Below, piece by piece: positions 1 to 10,037 of a stretch of 64,000 nt of DNA; the first letter of the stretch is position 1; every line of letters begins with the position of its first letter. The position numbers and the translations under genes are program-made. The notes beneath the pieces were generated by a model. That model was given only the letters and a program-made list of their open reading frames with translations, was not told the DNA's origin and ran no database searches. Location: positions 1 through 64,000 of the forward strand of contig JAZKFH010000010.1 in NCBI GenBank assembly GCA_040386535.1, in the 5' to 3' direction. This DNA comes from Myxococcota bacterium. Lineage in GTDB: Bacteria; Myxococcota_A; UBA796; SXON01.

Positions 1-163
1 AAGTAAATTGTTCGCAATAGGATTGGGTAATTGATGGATCCGCATCCCGTGGTAACGGGAACAAGGCAAAGGCCTGGATCCGGCTCGTCTCCGACTTCCT
101 GCCTTCCTCTATTCCTGCCTTCCTGATTCTCTTGTTCCGGTGCCTGTTCAGACCACGCCGGGT

Positions 164-1540
164 CTATCGCGCGGTCACGCAGCTCAACGCCGGGAGCGTG
201 GTCAACACCTCGGCGACGTAGGCGTCCAGCGTGTCCGCGAGCGCCTCGCCGCCCGGTACGTCGGCCAACGGGAGCAAGTTCGTCGCGAGCGGATCGGCGA
301 GCAGGTCGAACGCGAGCACGCCCCCCTCCTGGCACTCGTAGGCCACCTGGGCCTCTCGCGACTCCACGCCGATGTAGCCGAGCGTCTCGACGCCGGCGGA
401 GGCGAAGTACAAGGCGGAGAACGCGTGCTCGCGGCATCCCTCGAGCAACGAGCGGCCCTCGGCGCTCGGAAGCGGCGCCAGCCCCAGCGCATCCACGATG
501 GTGGGGAACACGTCCATGTTGCTGGCGACGCAGGGAAGGTGCGTGTCCACCACGCCCGCCCCCCAGAAGAGCAGCGGCACGTGGACGAGCTCGTTGCGCA
601 CGCTCGCGCCGTGCCCGAGGCTCACCGGCGGGCCGTCGAGGAAGGACTCTCCGTGATCGGCGGTCACGACGATCAGCGTGTCGTCGAGGAGCCCGCGCGT
701 CTCCAGCGCCGCCATGAGCGCGTCGATCGCGCGGTCGACCCCGAGCGCCTGCTCGTCGTAGACCGCCCGGAGCCCCGCGAGCAGGCGAGCGTGCTCCTCG
801 TCGGTGGTCGCCGCGTCGAGCGCCTCGACGATCTGGAACACCTGGGCGGCGGTGGGATCGTCGATGTGGAATGGCACGTCCGCGGGGTCGGCCCAGGTGA
901 AGAGGTCCTCCTCTTCGGGGCGGTACGGCGCGTGCATGTCCATCGGCTGGAGGAAGAGCAGGAAGGGCTCGTCGGCGTCGAGGGTGTCGAGCCAGTCGAC
1001 CGCGACATCGACCGTGCCCGCGGCGTTGCCGGGCTCCTCGCCTACCCCCTGGGCCGTGCCGAAACCGGTGGCGAGCTCGAACACCTCGCCCATGAGGATC
1101 TCGCTGCCCGTCACCAGCGCGGTGCGCATGCCCTGGTCCGCGAGGTACGACACGAACGAGGGCGCACCCATCGGGTAGTTGGTGCCGCGCTCGTCGAAGA
1201 AGCGCACGCCGTGGGTAGGCTGGTCGGTGCCGGTGAGGAGCGAGGCCGTCGCGGGGGCGGTCCACGCCGCGGTGCTCACCGCGCGGTCGACGCTGACCCA
1301 CCCCTCGCGCGCCTCGAGCAGGGGCCACGTGTCGCGCGTGTTGCCCCACCGCGGCAGGGCGTCCGCGCGCAGGGTGTCCACGTGGACGACCACGACGTTG
1401 CGGGGCCGGAAGGCGCCGAGGTCGACGCGGACGCCGGCTACGGCGGTGTCTTCGGTCTCGCTCGTGTCCAGGCCGCTGTCGACAGGCGCGCGGCACGCCG
1501 CCGTGAACAGCAGCGGGAGGAGCGGGAGGGAGAGGCGCAT
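164..1540 (-). CDS. Sulfatase-like / alkaline phosphatase superfamily lipoprotein
   Basis: Lipobox-like FTAAC; motifs VDTLRAD, WTAPATASLLTG, DMHAPY, TADHGE, HVPL. Confidence 0.85.
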   Translation of the reverse strand: MRLSLPLLPLLFTAACRAPVDSGLDTSETEDTAVAGVRVDLGAFRPRNVVVVHVDTLRADALPRWGNTRDTWPLLEAREGWVSVDRAVSTAAWTAPATASLLTGTDQPTHGVRFFDERGTNYPMGAPSFVSYLADQGMRTALVTGSEILMGEVFELATGFGTAQGVGEEPGNAAGTVDVAVDWLDTLDADEPFLLFLQPMDMHAPYRPEEEDLFTWADPADVPFHIDDPTAAQVFQIVEALDAATTDEEHARLLAGLRAVYDEQALGVDRAIDALMAALETRGLLDDTLIVVTADHGESFLDGPPVSLGHGASVRNELVHVPLLFWGAGVVDTHLPCVASNMDVFPTIVDALGLAPLPSAEGRSLLEGCREHAFSALYFASAGVETLGYIGVESREAQVAYECQEGGVLAFDLLADPLATNLLPLADVPGGEALADTLDAYVAEVLTTLPALSCVTAR

Positions 1541-1648
1541 CGCGGCACACTATGGGCCTCGCGGGCGCCCCCGTCGCCGCACCCGTCCGAAAGTTACGAA
1601 CCTGCGCCCCCGTTGACGCCCTTGCCCCCCTCCGCGGACAATCCGCCC

Positions 1649-2263
1649 GTGCCCCTCTCGCCACCGCTGCTCCCCCCGATCGCTACCTGGGTGCGCTGGT
1701 GCGCCGACGCCCCGCCCGTCTTCGACGCCGTCCCCGAGGGCTTCCCCGGCGGAGTGGTCCGCGTGCGCGCCGTCGTGGCCGATCTGTACGTGCGGCACGG
1801 CGCGCGCGCCGCGCCCGAGGTGCTCCGGAGCTTCGATCCCAGGGACTCCTCCAACGGTGAACGTGCGCGCCTGCGCGCCGCGCTGCTGGCCTGTCGGGTC
1901 CTCTCGCATCCCTCGCTGGTCCCCTCCCCCGCGCGCTCCGGTGAGGCCGGCCGCACCGCCGCCTTCGCGCGCCTGTTCGACGAGATCGCGGAGTGGGCGG
2001 TGGTGGTCGGCGCGACGGGCGCGGGCACGGCGAGCGAGGAGCGGCGCGAGGAGCTGGTCCGGCGCTGCCTGCGCGCGCTCGGCGCCCGCCCGGGCGGGGA
2101 GAGCGTGGCCGAGGCCGAGGATCGCCTCGCGCAGGTGGATGTGGTGGCGCGCACCCGCATCCTGAAGGACGCCGCGGAGCGCGAGCGGCGCACGCGCGAG
2201 CTACGAGAGGCGATGGTCCGCGCGGCCGCCGAGGAGGCCGCCGCGAAGATGGGCCGGGAGTAG
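1649..2263 (+). CDS. Hypothetical helical protein, probably co-transcribed with the downstream fusion gene
   Basis: C-terminal part of ORF 140..2263, GTG start at 1649 inferred; charged helical C-terminus (EERREEL..LRALG.RP.GE..AEDRL); 4-nt gap to next gene. Confidence 0.65.
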   Translation: MPLSPPLLPPIATWVRWCADAPPVFDAVPEGFPGGVVRVRAVVADLYVRHGARAAPEVLRSFDPRDSSNGERARLRAALLACRVLSHPSLVPSPARSGEAGRTAAFARLFDEIAEWAVVVGATGAGTASEERREELVRRCLRALGARPGGESVAEAEDRLAQVDVVARTRILKDAAERERRTRELREAMVRAAAEEAAAKMGRE

Positions 2264-2267
2264 CCGT

Positions 2268-4574
2268 TTGCCGACCGTCCTCATCACCCAGTGCCTGCAG
2301 CGTGATTTCGTCGATCCCATCCGCCCCGGCGAGCCCATCCCCAACAAGCTGCACGTGGGGGAGGACGAGGCCCGCCGCCTGCTCGGGGACGACCCCGCCC
2401 ACAGCCCGCTCGCCCAGCTCCTCGCGTGGAGCCGGAGCGCGCCCGGCCTGCACCTCGTCCACATCCGCGACTGGCACGATCCCGCCGATCCCACCCAGCG
2501 CACCCACCTCGACACCTTCGGCGGCCACTGCGTGCGCGACACGCCCGGCGCCGGGTTCGCCGTGGACAACGACGTCGATCCCGGCCCCGACGAACACATC
2601 GTCGACGCGACGGGTCTGAACGACTTCGCCACTACCCGCCTGCCCCAGGTGCTCGCCTCCATCGCCGAGGAGGGGCCGCTCCGCATCGGCGTCATCGGCG
2701 TGTGGACCGAGGCCAAGGTCAGCTACCTGCTCTACGACCTCGCCACCCGGCTCGGGGTGGAGGCCCTCGCCACCTGCAGCGCGCTCACGGCGTCCAGCTC
2801 GCGGTCGCGCCACTTCCACGCGCTCGACCAACTCGAGCGCCTGCTCGGCGTGCGCGTCTTCCACGACGTCGCCGGCTTCGCCACGTGGCTCGCCCCCAGC
2901 GCCGCGGCGGCCGCCCCGCCGCCCCGCAAGGGCCCCAAGGCGATCGTCGACGTCGAGCTCACCGAGTCCGAGCACGCCGTGGTCGGCGCGCTGTTCCGCG
3001 ACAGCGCGCGGGTGTCGCTCGAGGTGCTCGCGGGCGGGTTCTCCGGCGCGCGGGTGTACCGCGCCCGCAGCCACGACATCGAGGGCCGCCGCCAGGCGGA
3101 CACCGTGGTCAAGCTCGGCCCGTCCGCGCTGCTCGGCCAGGAGCGCGCCGCCACCGAGCGGGTCGCCGAGGTGCTCGGCAACTTCGTGCCCAGCATCCGC
3201 TCCTACGTCGACTTCGGGGAGCAGGCGGGCCTGCGCTACGCGTGGGCCGCGATGGGCCAGGGGCCCGTCCGCACGTTCAAGTCGATCTGGGAGAAGGGCG
3301 GGGACGACGCCACGATCGAGCGCGTGCTCCGCGTCGCCTTCGAAGAGGTGCTCGAACCCTTCTGGAGCGCCGCCCGGTACGAGCGCCTCCCCATGCTCGA
3401 CCACTTCGAATTCGAGCGCTGGGCGCCCCAGGTGCGGGCGAAGGTCGAGGCCATCCTCGGGCACGCGGCCACCGAGGAGAACTTCACCTTCCCCGGCGGC
3501 TACACCGTCCGAAACCTGTGCCTCGGGTACGAGCAGGATTTGCCCGGGCTCCCGGTGTTCCCCGGCGAGACCCACCTCGTGTCCCAGCTCCACGGGGACC
3601 TGAACTTCGCCAACATCCTCGTCGATTCGCGCGACAACGTGTGGCTCATCGACTTTGCGAACTCGGGCACCGGCCCGGTCTTGATGGATCTCGCGAAGCT
3701 CGAGAACGACCTGCTCTACGTCCTCACGCCGCTCGAGACCGAGGCCGACCTGGTCGAGGCGCTCAAGATCACCACGGCCCTGCGCGCGGTCACCGACATG
3801 CGGGAGCCGCTGCCCGAGGCGCCCCCGACGGACCATCCGGCCCTGGTCCGGGCCTGGCGCGCGCTGCGGGTGCTCCGCCACATCGGCGCCCGCTTGTGCC
3901 GCGAGGAGCGCAACCCCACCACGATGGACCTGCTCCTGCTCCGCTACGCGGCCCAGACGCTCTCGTTCGTGGAGTCCTCGCCGCTCCAGCGCTGGTGGGC
4001 GCTGGCCTCCGCCTGCGGGCACGCCGAGGACGCGGTGACCACGCTCCGCGCGGAGCGGATGTTGCGGGTGGACCACGTGGTGGGCGCCGGGCGGTTGGGC
4101 CTCACCTTGTGCCCCGGGCGGCGCGACAAGGGGCGCGACCTCGGCGCCGACCTCGACTCGCTCGTCGCCGTCGGCACACGCAGGCTCGTTTGCCTGGTCC
4201 CCCAGGACGAGCTCGACGAGTTCGGCGTCGGCGGGCTGCGCGGCGCCGCGGAGGCCCGCGGGCTGGACTTCCTCCACGTGCCCATCGCGGACCAGGGGGT
4301 CCCCCCGCTGGCCGACGCCCTCTCGACCGTGGCGTGGATCCTCGAAGCGGTGGCCCTCGAGGAGCCCGTGGTCGTGCACTGCATGGGCGGGCTCGGCCGC
4401 ACGGGCACCATCGCCGCGTGCACGCTCATCGCGGTCGGTCGCACCGCCGCCGAGGCCATCGCCGAGGTGCGCGCCGCGCGCGGGCCCCGGTGCATCGAGA
4501 ACGGGCTCCAGGAGCGGTTCGTGGAGATGTTCGAGCGCGAGTACCGCGCCGGCAGCCGCGCGGCGCCCCCGTAG
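2268..4574 (+). CDS. Isochorismatase/nicotinamidase-like + APH-type kinase + CX5R (Cdc14/CDKN3-like) phosphatase fusion
   Basis: QRDF..RDWH..GHC; GGFSGARV, VVKLG, HGDLNFANILV, LIDFA; PIAD and HCMGGLGRT. Confidence 0.85.
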   Translation: MPTVLITQCLQRDFVDPIRPGEPIPNKLHVGEDEARRLLGDDPAHSPLAQLLAWSRSAPGLHLVHIRDWHDPADPTQRTHLDTFGGHCVRDTPGAGFAVDNDVDPGPDEHIVDATGLNDFATTRLPQVLASIAEEGPLRIGVIGVWTEAKVSYLLYDLATRLGVEALATCSALTASSSRSRHFHALDQLERLLGVRVFHDVAGFATWLAPSAAAAAPPPRKGPKAIVDVELTESEHAVVGALFRDSARVSLEVLAGGFSGARVYRARSHDIEGRRQADTVVKLGPSALLGQERAATERVAEVLGNFVPSIRSYVDFGEQAGLRYAWAAMGQGPVRTFKSIWEKGGDDATIERVLRVAFEEVLEPFWSAARYERLPMLDHFEFERWAPQVRAKVEAILGHAATEENFTFPGGYTVRNLCLGYEQDLPGLPVFPGETHLVSQLHGDLNFANILVDSRDNVWLIDFANSGTGPVLMDLAKLENDLLYVLTPLETEADLVEALKITTALRAVTDMREPLPEAPPTDHPALVRAWRALRVLRHIGARLCREERNPTTMDLLLLRYAAQTLSFVESSPLQRWWALASACGHAEDAVTTLRAERMLRVDHVVGAGRLGLTLCPGRRDKGRDLGADLDSLVAVGTRRLVCLVPQDELDEFGVGGLRGAAEARGLDFLHVPIADQGVPPLADALSTVAWILEAVALEEPVVVHCMGGLGRTGTIAACTLIAVGRTAAEAIAEVRAARGPRCIENGLQERFVEMFEREYRAGSRAAPP

Positions 4575-4579
4575 ACATC

Positions 4580-4608
4580 GGGGGGGCGCCGCTCGGAGGT
4601 GGCGCTCC

Positions 4609-4609
<1 letters not shown>
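4580..4609. terminator. GC-rich hairpin between convergent genes
   Basis: GGGGGCGCCGC...GTGGCGCTCCC stem with G-U pairs. Confidence 0.4.
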
Positions 4610-5607
<998 letters not shown>

Positions 5608-5610
5608 CGG

Positions 5611-6261
5611 CTACCCGTTCTTGATGACGATGGCTTCGATGACCGTCGCGACGGAGGCGCACCGGTCCACCGCGTTCTCGAGGCCCTCCAGGAACTCCTT
5701 GTGCTTGATGAGCTTGATCGCGTCCTTCTCGTTGGCGAACAGGTCACCGAGCCGGAGGCGGAACACCACGTCGGCCTCGTGCTCCAGGTAGTGGATCGAG
5801 CGGGTGAGCGCGCGGATGCGATCGGCCCCGGCGCCCGTGCGGAGCACCTCGACGGCCTCGGTGAACTGGGTCGTGGCCTTGTGGAGGATGTCGGCCAGCT
5901 CGCGGCTCCCCTCGGGGAGCGAGTCCATCTGGTGCACCGTGAGGTGGTTGGCGGTGGCGCTGATGAAGTCGGACACGTTCTCGAGCGACCCGGTCAGGTG
6001 GTACAGGTCCTCCCGGTCGATGGGGGTGACGAAGGTGGCGTCGAGCTGGTCGGCCATGTCCTTCATCGCCTTGTCGCCGTCGTGCTCCGCCTCGCGAATG
6101 CGCTCCACGAGCACCAGGCGGGAGTCACGCCCCTCGGCGCGGGTAAGCTCGACGAAAAGGCGCGACGCCTCGTTGGCTGCCTTCGCCGCGTCGGCCACGT
6201 AGTCGAAGAAACGACCCTCTTGTGGAAGAAACCAACGAATCGCCTGTTGAAGCCACGCCAT
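5611..6261 (-). CDS. DUF47 / PhoU-like Pit accessory protein
   Basis: EHDGD..FVTPIDREDL and LEHEAD repeats; directly upstream of pit. Confidence 0.92.
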   Translation of the reverse strand: MAWLQQAIRWFLPQEGRFFDYVADAAKAANEASRLFVELTRAEGRDSRLVLVERIREAEHDGDKAMKDMADQLDATFVTPIDREDLYHLTGSLENVSDFISATANHLTVHQMDSLPEGSRELADILHKATTQFTEAVEVLRTGAGADRIRALTRSIHYLEHEADVVFRLRLGDLFANEKDAIKLIKHKEFLEGLENAVDRCASVATVIEAIVIKNG

Positions 6262-6380
6262 GGGATCGCCTCGGAATCGTCACGTCTTCGTTTCGGATGC
6301 GCGGCACCGTACAGGCCCGGCGCCCCCCCGGCAAGCCCGCACGCGTAGGAGAGTAGACTGCTCTCCTCTCTGGATCGTGG

Positions 6381-7724
6381 ATGCTACCGAAACACCTGAT
6401 CGCGCTGCTCGCGGTGCCCGCGCTGGTCGCGGCCTACATGCTGGGCCTCGCCTGGATGATCCCGGAGGACCTCACCCCGGTCACCCTCCGCCTGCTCGCC
6501 GGCGCCTCCGGCGCGCTGCTCCTCGCCAGTATTTTCATGCTGCAGGTTCAGCTGCGTGACCGCGACGTGCAGGTCAAGGAGGCCACGGCGCTCCTCCGCC
6601 AGGTCCACAAGGGGGATGTCCACCGGTTCCTGCCGGTGCCGCGTGGCGACCTGTTCGGCGAGCTCGCCGAGGAGATCAACATGCTCGTCGGCGAGCTCCG
6701 CACACGGCACCTGGGCGCCGAGACCGAGCGCGTGCTGGACGGAGCGATGGTGCGGGAGTCTCCGAACGGGCTCCTCATCACCGACGCCGGCGGGCGGGTG
6801 CGCCGCTTCAACCCGGCGCTCGCGCGGCTCCTCCCCTTCTCCTCCGATCCCATCGGCAAGGCGCCCATCGAGACCATCCCGGTGCACGAGTTCCAGGAGG
6901 TCATCGACGAGACGCGCCGCACGCGCCAGCCCTCGGAGCGCGTGGCGACGGTCGGCCGTCGGGAGGTGCTCGTGCGCGGCATCCCGCTGGCCGACGGTGC
7001 CGGCTGCATGGGCGTGGTGCTCGACATCACCTCGGTGCGCGCCGCCGAGCGGGCCCGGCGGGACTTCGTCGCGAACGTTTCCCACGAGCTTCGCACCCCC
7101 GTCACCGCGCTCGTCGGCTACGCGGAGAGCCTCCTCGACGACCGGAGCCAGCTGCCGGAGTGGTCGCAGCCGATGCTCGAGGCGATGAACCGCAACGCGC
7201 GCCGCCTCGCCGCCCTCATCGAGGACGTGCTCCAGCTCTCGAAGATCGAGGCCCGCCAGGGTGACCTCGTGCTCGCCTCCGAGCCGCTCCGCCCGGTCGT
7301 GCGGGAGGTGCTCGCGCGCTTCGGCGATCGCGCGCGCCAGAAGGACATCTCGCTCACGCTCGCGGAGGGGCCCGAGATCGAGGCGCGCATCGCCGGCGAG
7401 GCGTTCGAGCACGCGCTCGGCAACCTGGTCGACAACGCGCTCAAGTACACGAACAACGGCGGCCGCATCGACATCGTCGTCGAGGACCGGGATGGCGCGG
7501 TCACCGTCGCGGTGAAGGACGACGGCATCGGGGTCGACGGGATCCACCACGACCGCATCTTCGAGCGGTTCTACCGCGTCGATCCGGGCCGCAGCCGCGA
7601 CGCCGGCGGGACCGGCCTGGGGCTCGCGCTGGTCAAGCACCTCTGCTTCGCGATGCAAGCCGAGGTCTCGCTCGCGAGCGACATCGGCAAGGGGAGCACG
7701 TTCACGTTGCGCCTCCCGAAGTAG
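6381..7724 (+). CDS. PhoR-like sensor histidine kinase (2 TM, HAMP, PAS, HisKA, HATPase)
   Basis: DFVANVSHELRTP, NLVDNALKY, IFERFYRVD, GGTGLGL; divergent from the phosphate transport genes. Confidence 0.9.
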   Translation: MLPKHLIALLAVPALVAAYMLGLAWMIPEDLTPVTLRLLAGASGALLLASIFMLQVQLRDRDVQVKEATALLRQVHKGDVHRFLPVPRGDLFGELAEEINMLVGELRTRHLGAETERVLDGAMVRESPNGLLITDAGGRVRRFNPALARLLPFSSDPIGKAPIETIPVHEFQEVIDETRRTRQPSERVATVGRREVLVRGIPLADGAGCMGVVLDITSVRAAERARRDFVANVSHELRTPVTALVGYAESLLDDRSQLPEWSQPMLEAMNRNARRLAALIEDVLQLSKIEARQGDLVLASEPLRPVVREVLARFGDRARQKDISLTLAEGPEIEARIAGEAFEHALGNLVDNALKYTNNGGRIDIVVEDRDGAVTVAVKDDGIGVDGIHHDRIFERFYRVDPGRSRDAGGTGLGLALVKHLCFAMQAEVSLASDIGKGSTFTLRLPK

Positions 7725-7793
7725 AGCCGCGACTCGCGCCGCAGATCCGCGATTGGAACGGACGATCGCGCCGGTCGGAGCTACCTTGGCGCC

Positions 7794-9032
7794 ATGCTCC
7801 TGCTCGCGTTGTTCGCTTGTGACTCCAAAGAGACGCCGACCCCCGAGGTGGAGGGCGGCCCCACCTACTACGCCGACGTCCGGCCCATCCTCGACAAGTC
7901 GTGCGCGCGCTGCCACACGGAGGGCGGCATCGCCTTCTCGATGGACGAGGCGGCCACCGCGCAGGGGATGGCGGCCGCGATGAAGACCGCGGTGCAGAGC
8001 GGGCGCATGCCGCCCCCCGCGCCGGACCCGGAGTGCCGCGACTACAGCGCGTCGGAGCGATTCACCCTCACCGACGCCGAGCGGGCCACCATCGCCGCCT
8101 GGGCTGACGCGGAGGCGCCGTTGGGAAACGAGGCGGACGCGCCCGGCACCCGGGACGACAGCCTCGTGTCCCTCGCGCCCTACGACGTCGAGCTGTGGGC
8201 GAGCAGCGCCTACTCCCCCACGTTCAGCGCGGCCGACGGCAACGACTACCGCTGCTTCCTGCTCGACGTCGAGAACACGGAGCGCACCTGGATCAGCGGC
8301 ATGCAGGCCCTGATCGACAACTCCCGCATCGTGCACCACGTGGTCCTGTTCCAGCCCAACGGCACGGACGACCTGTGGGACGCCGGTGATCCGCACGACG
8401 GCTTCGCGTGCAGCGGCGTCGGCCAGGGCAACTGGAGCACGATCGGGGCGTGGGGCCCCGGCGCCAACCCGACGGTCCTGCCCGAGGGCATGGGCATCCG
8501 CCTGGAGCCGAACGCCCAGGTCATCTTGCAAATGCACTACTTCGACAGCTTCGAGGGCGCGGATCAGGAGTCCGACCAGTCGGGGTACGGCCTGCTCCTG
8601 ACCGACACCGTGACGCACGAGGCGGTCAACCTCGCCGCCGGGTCGACCAACTTCACGCTCGCCGCGGGGGACGCCGAGGCGGTCGCGCGCGACATGTACA
8701 CCTGGGGCGAGGACGCCCTGGTCCTGAGCGTGTGGCCGCACATGCACCTGCTCGGCACGGGCTTCGAGGAGACCGTGACCCACGCGGACGGCTCGGAGAC
8801 CTGCCTGTTGCGCATGAACGCGTGGGACTACCACAACCAGGTCACGGCCAACTTCCTCGAGCCCGTGCCGCTCACCGCGGGTGACCGCGTGAAGGTCCGG
8901 TGCACGTGGGACAACAGCGCCACGAACCCCAACCAGCACTTCGACCCGCCCCAGGACATCTCGTTCGGCGAGGGCACGACCGACGAGATGTGCTTCGGGT
9001 TCACGCTCGTGGCGACCGCGGTCACGCCGTAG
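7794..9032 (+). CDS. Lipoprotein: monoheme cytochrome c domain + copper type II (PHM/DBH-like) monooxygenase
   Basis: LFAC lipobox; CARCH; VHHV, QMHY, PHMH, DEMC copper-ligand motifs. Confidence 0.85.
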   Translation: MLLLALFACDSKETPTPEVEGGPTYYADVRPILDKSCARCHTEGGIAFSMDEAATAQGMAAAMKTAVQSGRMPPPAPDPECRDYSASERFTLTDAERATIAAWADAEAPLGNEADAPGTRDDSLVSLAPYDVELWASSAYSPTFSAADGNDYRCFLLDVENTERTWISGMQALIDNSRIVHHVVLFQPNGTDDLWDAGDPHDGFACSGVGQGNWSTIGAWGPGANPTVLPEGMGIRLEPNAQVILQMHYFDSFEGADQESDQSGYGLLLTDTVTHEAVNLAAGSTNFTLAAGDAEAVARDMYTWGEDALVLSVWPHMHLLGTGFEETVTHADGSETCLLRMNAWDYHNQVTANFLEPVPLTAGDRVKVRCTWDNSATNPNQHFDPPQDISFGEGTTDEMCFGFTLVATAVTP

Positions 9033-9058
9033 GGCCCGGCGTCGGGGTAGATGCGCCC

Positions 9059-9484
9059 ATGCCACGCCCCCCCGCCAACGCCCCCTGCCCGTGCGGCTCC
9101 TCGAAGAAGGCCAAGGGCTGCTGCCTGCCCGTGCTCGAAGGCGCGCCCGCCGCCACGCCGGAGGCCCTCATGCGCTCCCGGTACACCGCGTACGCCAGCG
9201 GCGACACCGGGCACCTGCTCCGCAGCACCCACCCCGACAGCCCGCATCGCCACGCCGATGAGCGTGCCTGGGCCGAGGAGCTGCGTCGTTACTGCGCGAC
9301 CGTGACGTTCCTCGGGCTGACGGTCCACACGTCCTCCGAGGAGGGCGACGCGGGCCGGGTGCGCTTCTACGCCCAGCTCTCCATGGACGGGCGCGACGCC
9401 TCGTTCGGCGAGGACAGCCGCTTCCGCAAGGTCGACGGCCGCTGGACCTACCTCGACGGCGAGCGCTGGACCCCCGCCGCGTAG
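9059..9484 (+). CDS. ychJ: YchJ family protein (SEC-C motif + NTF2-like)
   Basis: CPCGS..CC, PEALMRSRYTAY, E.SRF..W.YLDG. Confidence 0.9.
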   Translation: MPRPPANAPCPCGSSKKAKGCCLPVLEGAPAATPEALMRSRYTAYASGDTGHLLRSTHPDSPHRHADERAWAEELRRYCATVTFLGLTVHTSSEEGDAGRVRFYAQLSMDGRDASFGEDSRFRKVDGRWTYLDGERWTPAA

Positions 9485-9979
9485 CTATGCGAGTTGGACC
9501 GGCACGCCCAGCTTTTCGAGCGCGAGCGCGAGCGTGCCGTCGTCCAGGATCTGGTTCAGGCGATGGTCGCCCCCGGCGATGGTCCAGAGCTCGACCCCCT
9601 CCCCCGCGCCGGCCACGAGCGCGTGCGAGTCGGCGAGGAGCACGACATCGTCGAGCTCTCCGTGGATCACGATAGCGCGCGTGCCGGGCGGCAGCGGCGC
9701 GTCGATGCCGAGGCGGTGCGCCGCGGGGGCGATGAGGACGGTGGGCCCGGTCCAGACGCCGTCGAGCACCAGGCGGGCCGCGACGGCGCCCCCGAACGAG
9801 GACCCGACGATCACGCGGGGCCGGTGCTCGGCGATGGCGGCCGCGGCCCCCGCGACGGCAGCGGGGAAAGAGGTGGTGTCGAGCGCGGGCGTGAAGGCGC
9901 CGTAGCGGGCGCGCAACCACGCGGCCTTGGTGCCGGTCGGCCCGCTCTCGAGGCCGTGGAGGAAGACGACGGAGGACAT
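9485..9979 (-). CDS. Small alpha/beta hydrolase (YqiA-like esterase)
   Basis: FLHGLES, GSSFGG nucleophile elbow, HG.DDVV, GDHRL. Confidence 0.85.
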   Translation of the reverse strand: MSSVVFLHGLESGPTGTKAAWLRARYGAFTPALDTTSFPAAVAGAAAAIAEHRPRVIVGSSFGGAVAARLVLDGVWTGPTVLIAPAAHRLGIDAPLPPGTRAIVIHGELDDVVLLADSHALVAGAGEGVELWTIAGGDHRLNQILDDGTLALALEKLGVPVQLA

Positions 9980-10037
9980 GGGACGGGCCCTATCGCGATG
10001 CTTGCACGCCGGTTACCGGCGTGACGCGAGGAAGCGC

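Noticed and set aside
140..1648. N-terminal 500 aa of ORF 140..2263
   Set aside because: Antisense to the sulfatase-like gene; only the part from 1649 looks real
6279..6294. Pho box upstream of DUF47-pit
   Set aside because: Only one good GTCAC half-site; the second is too degenerate
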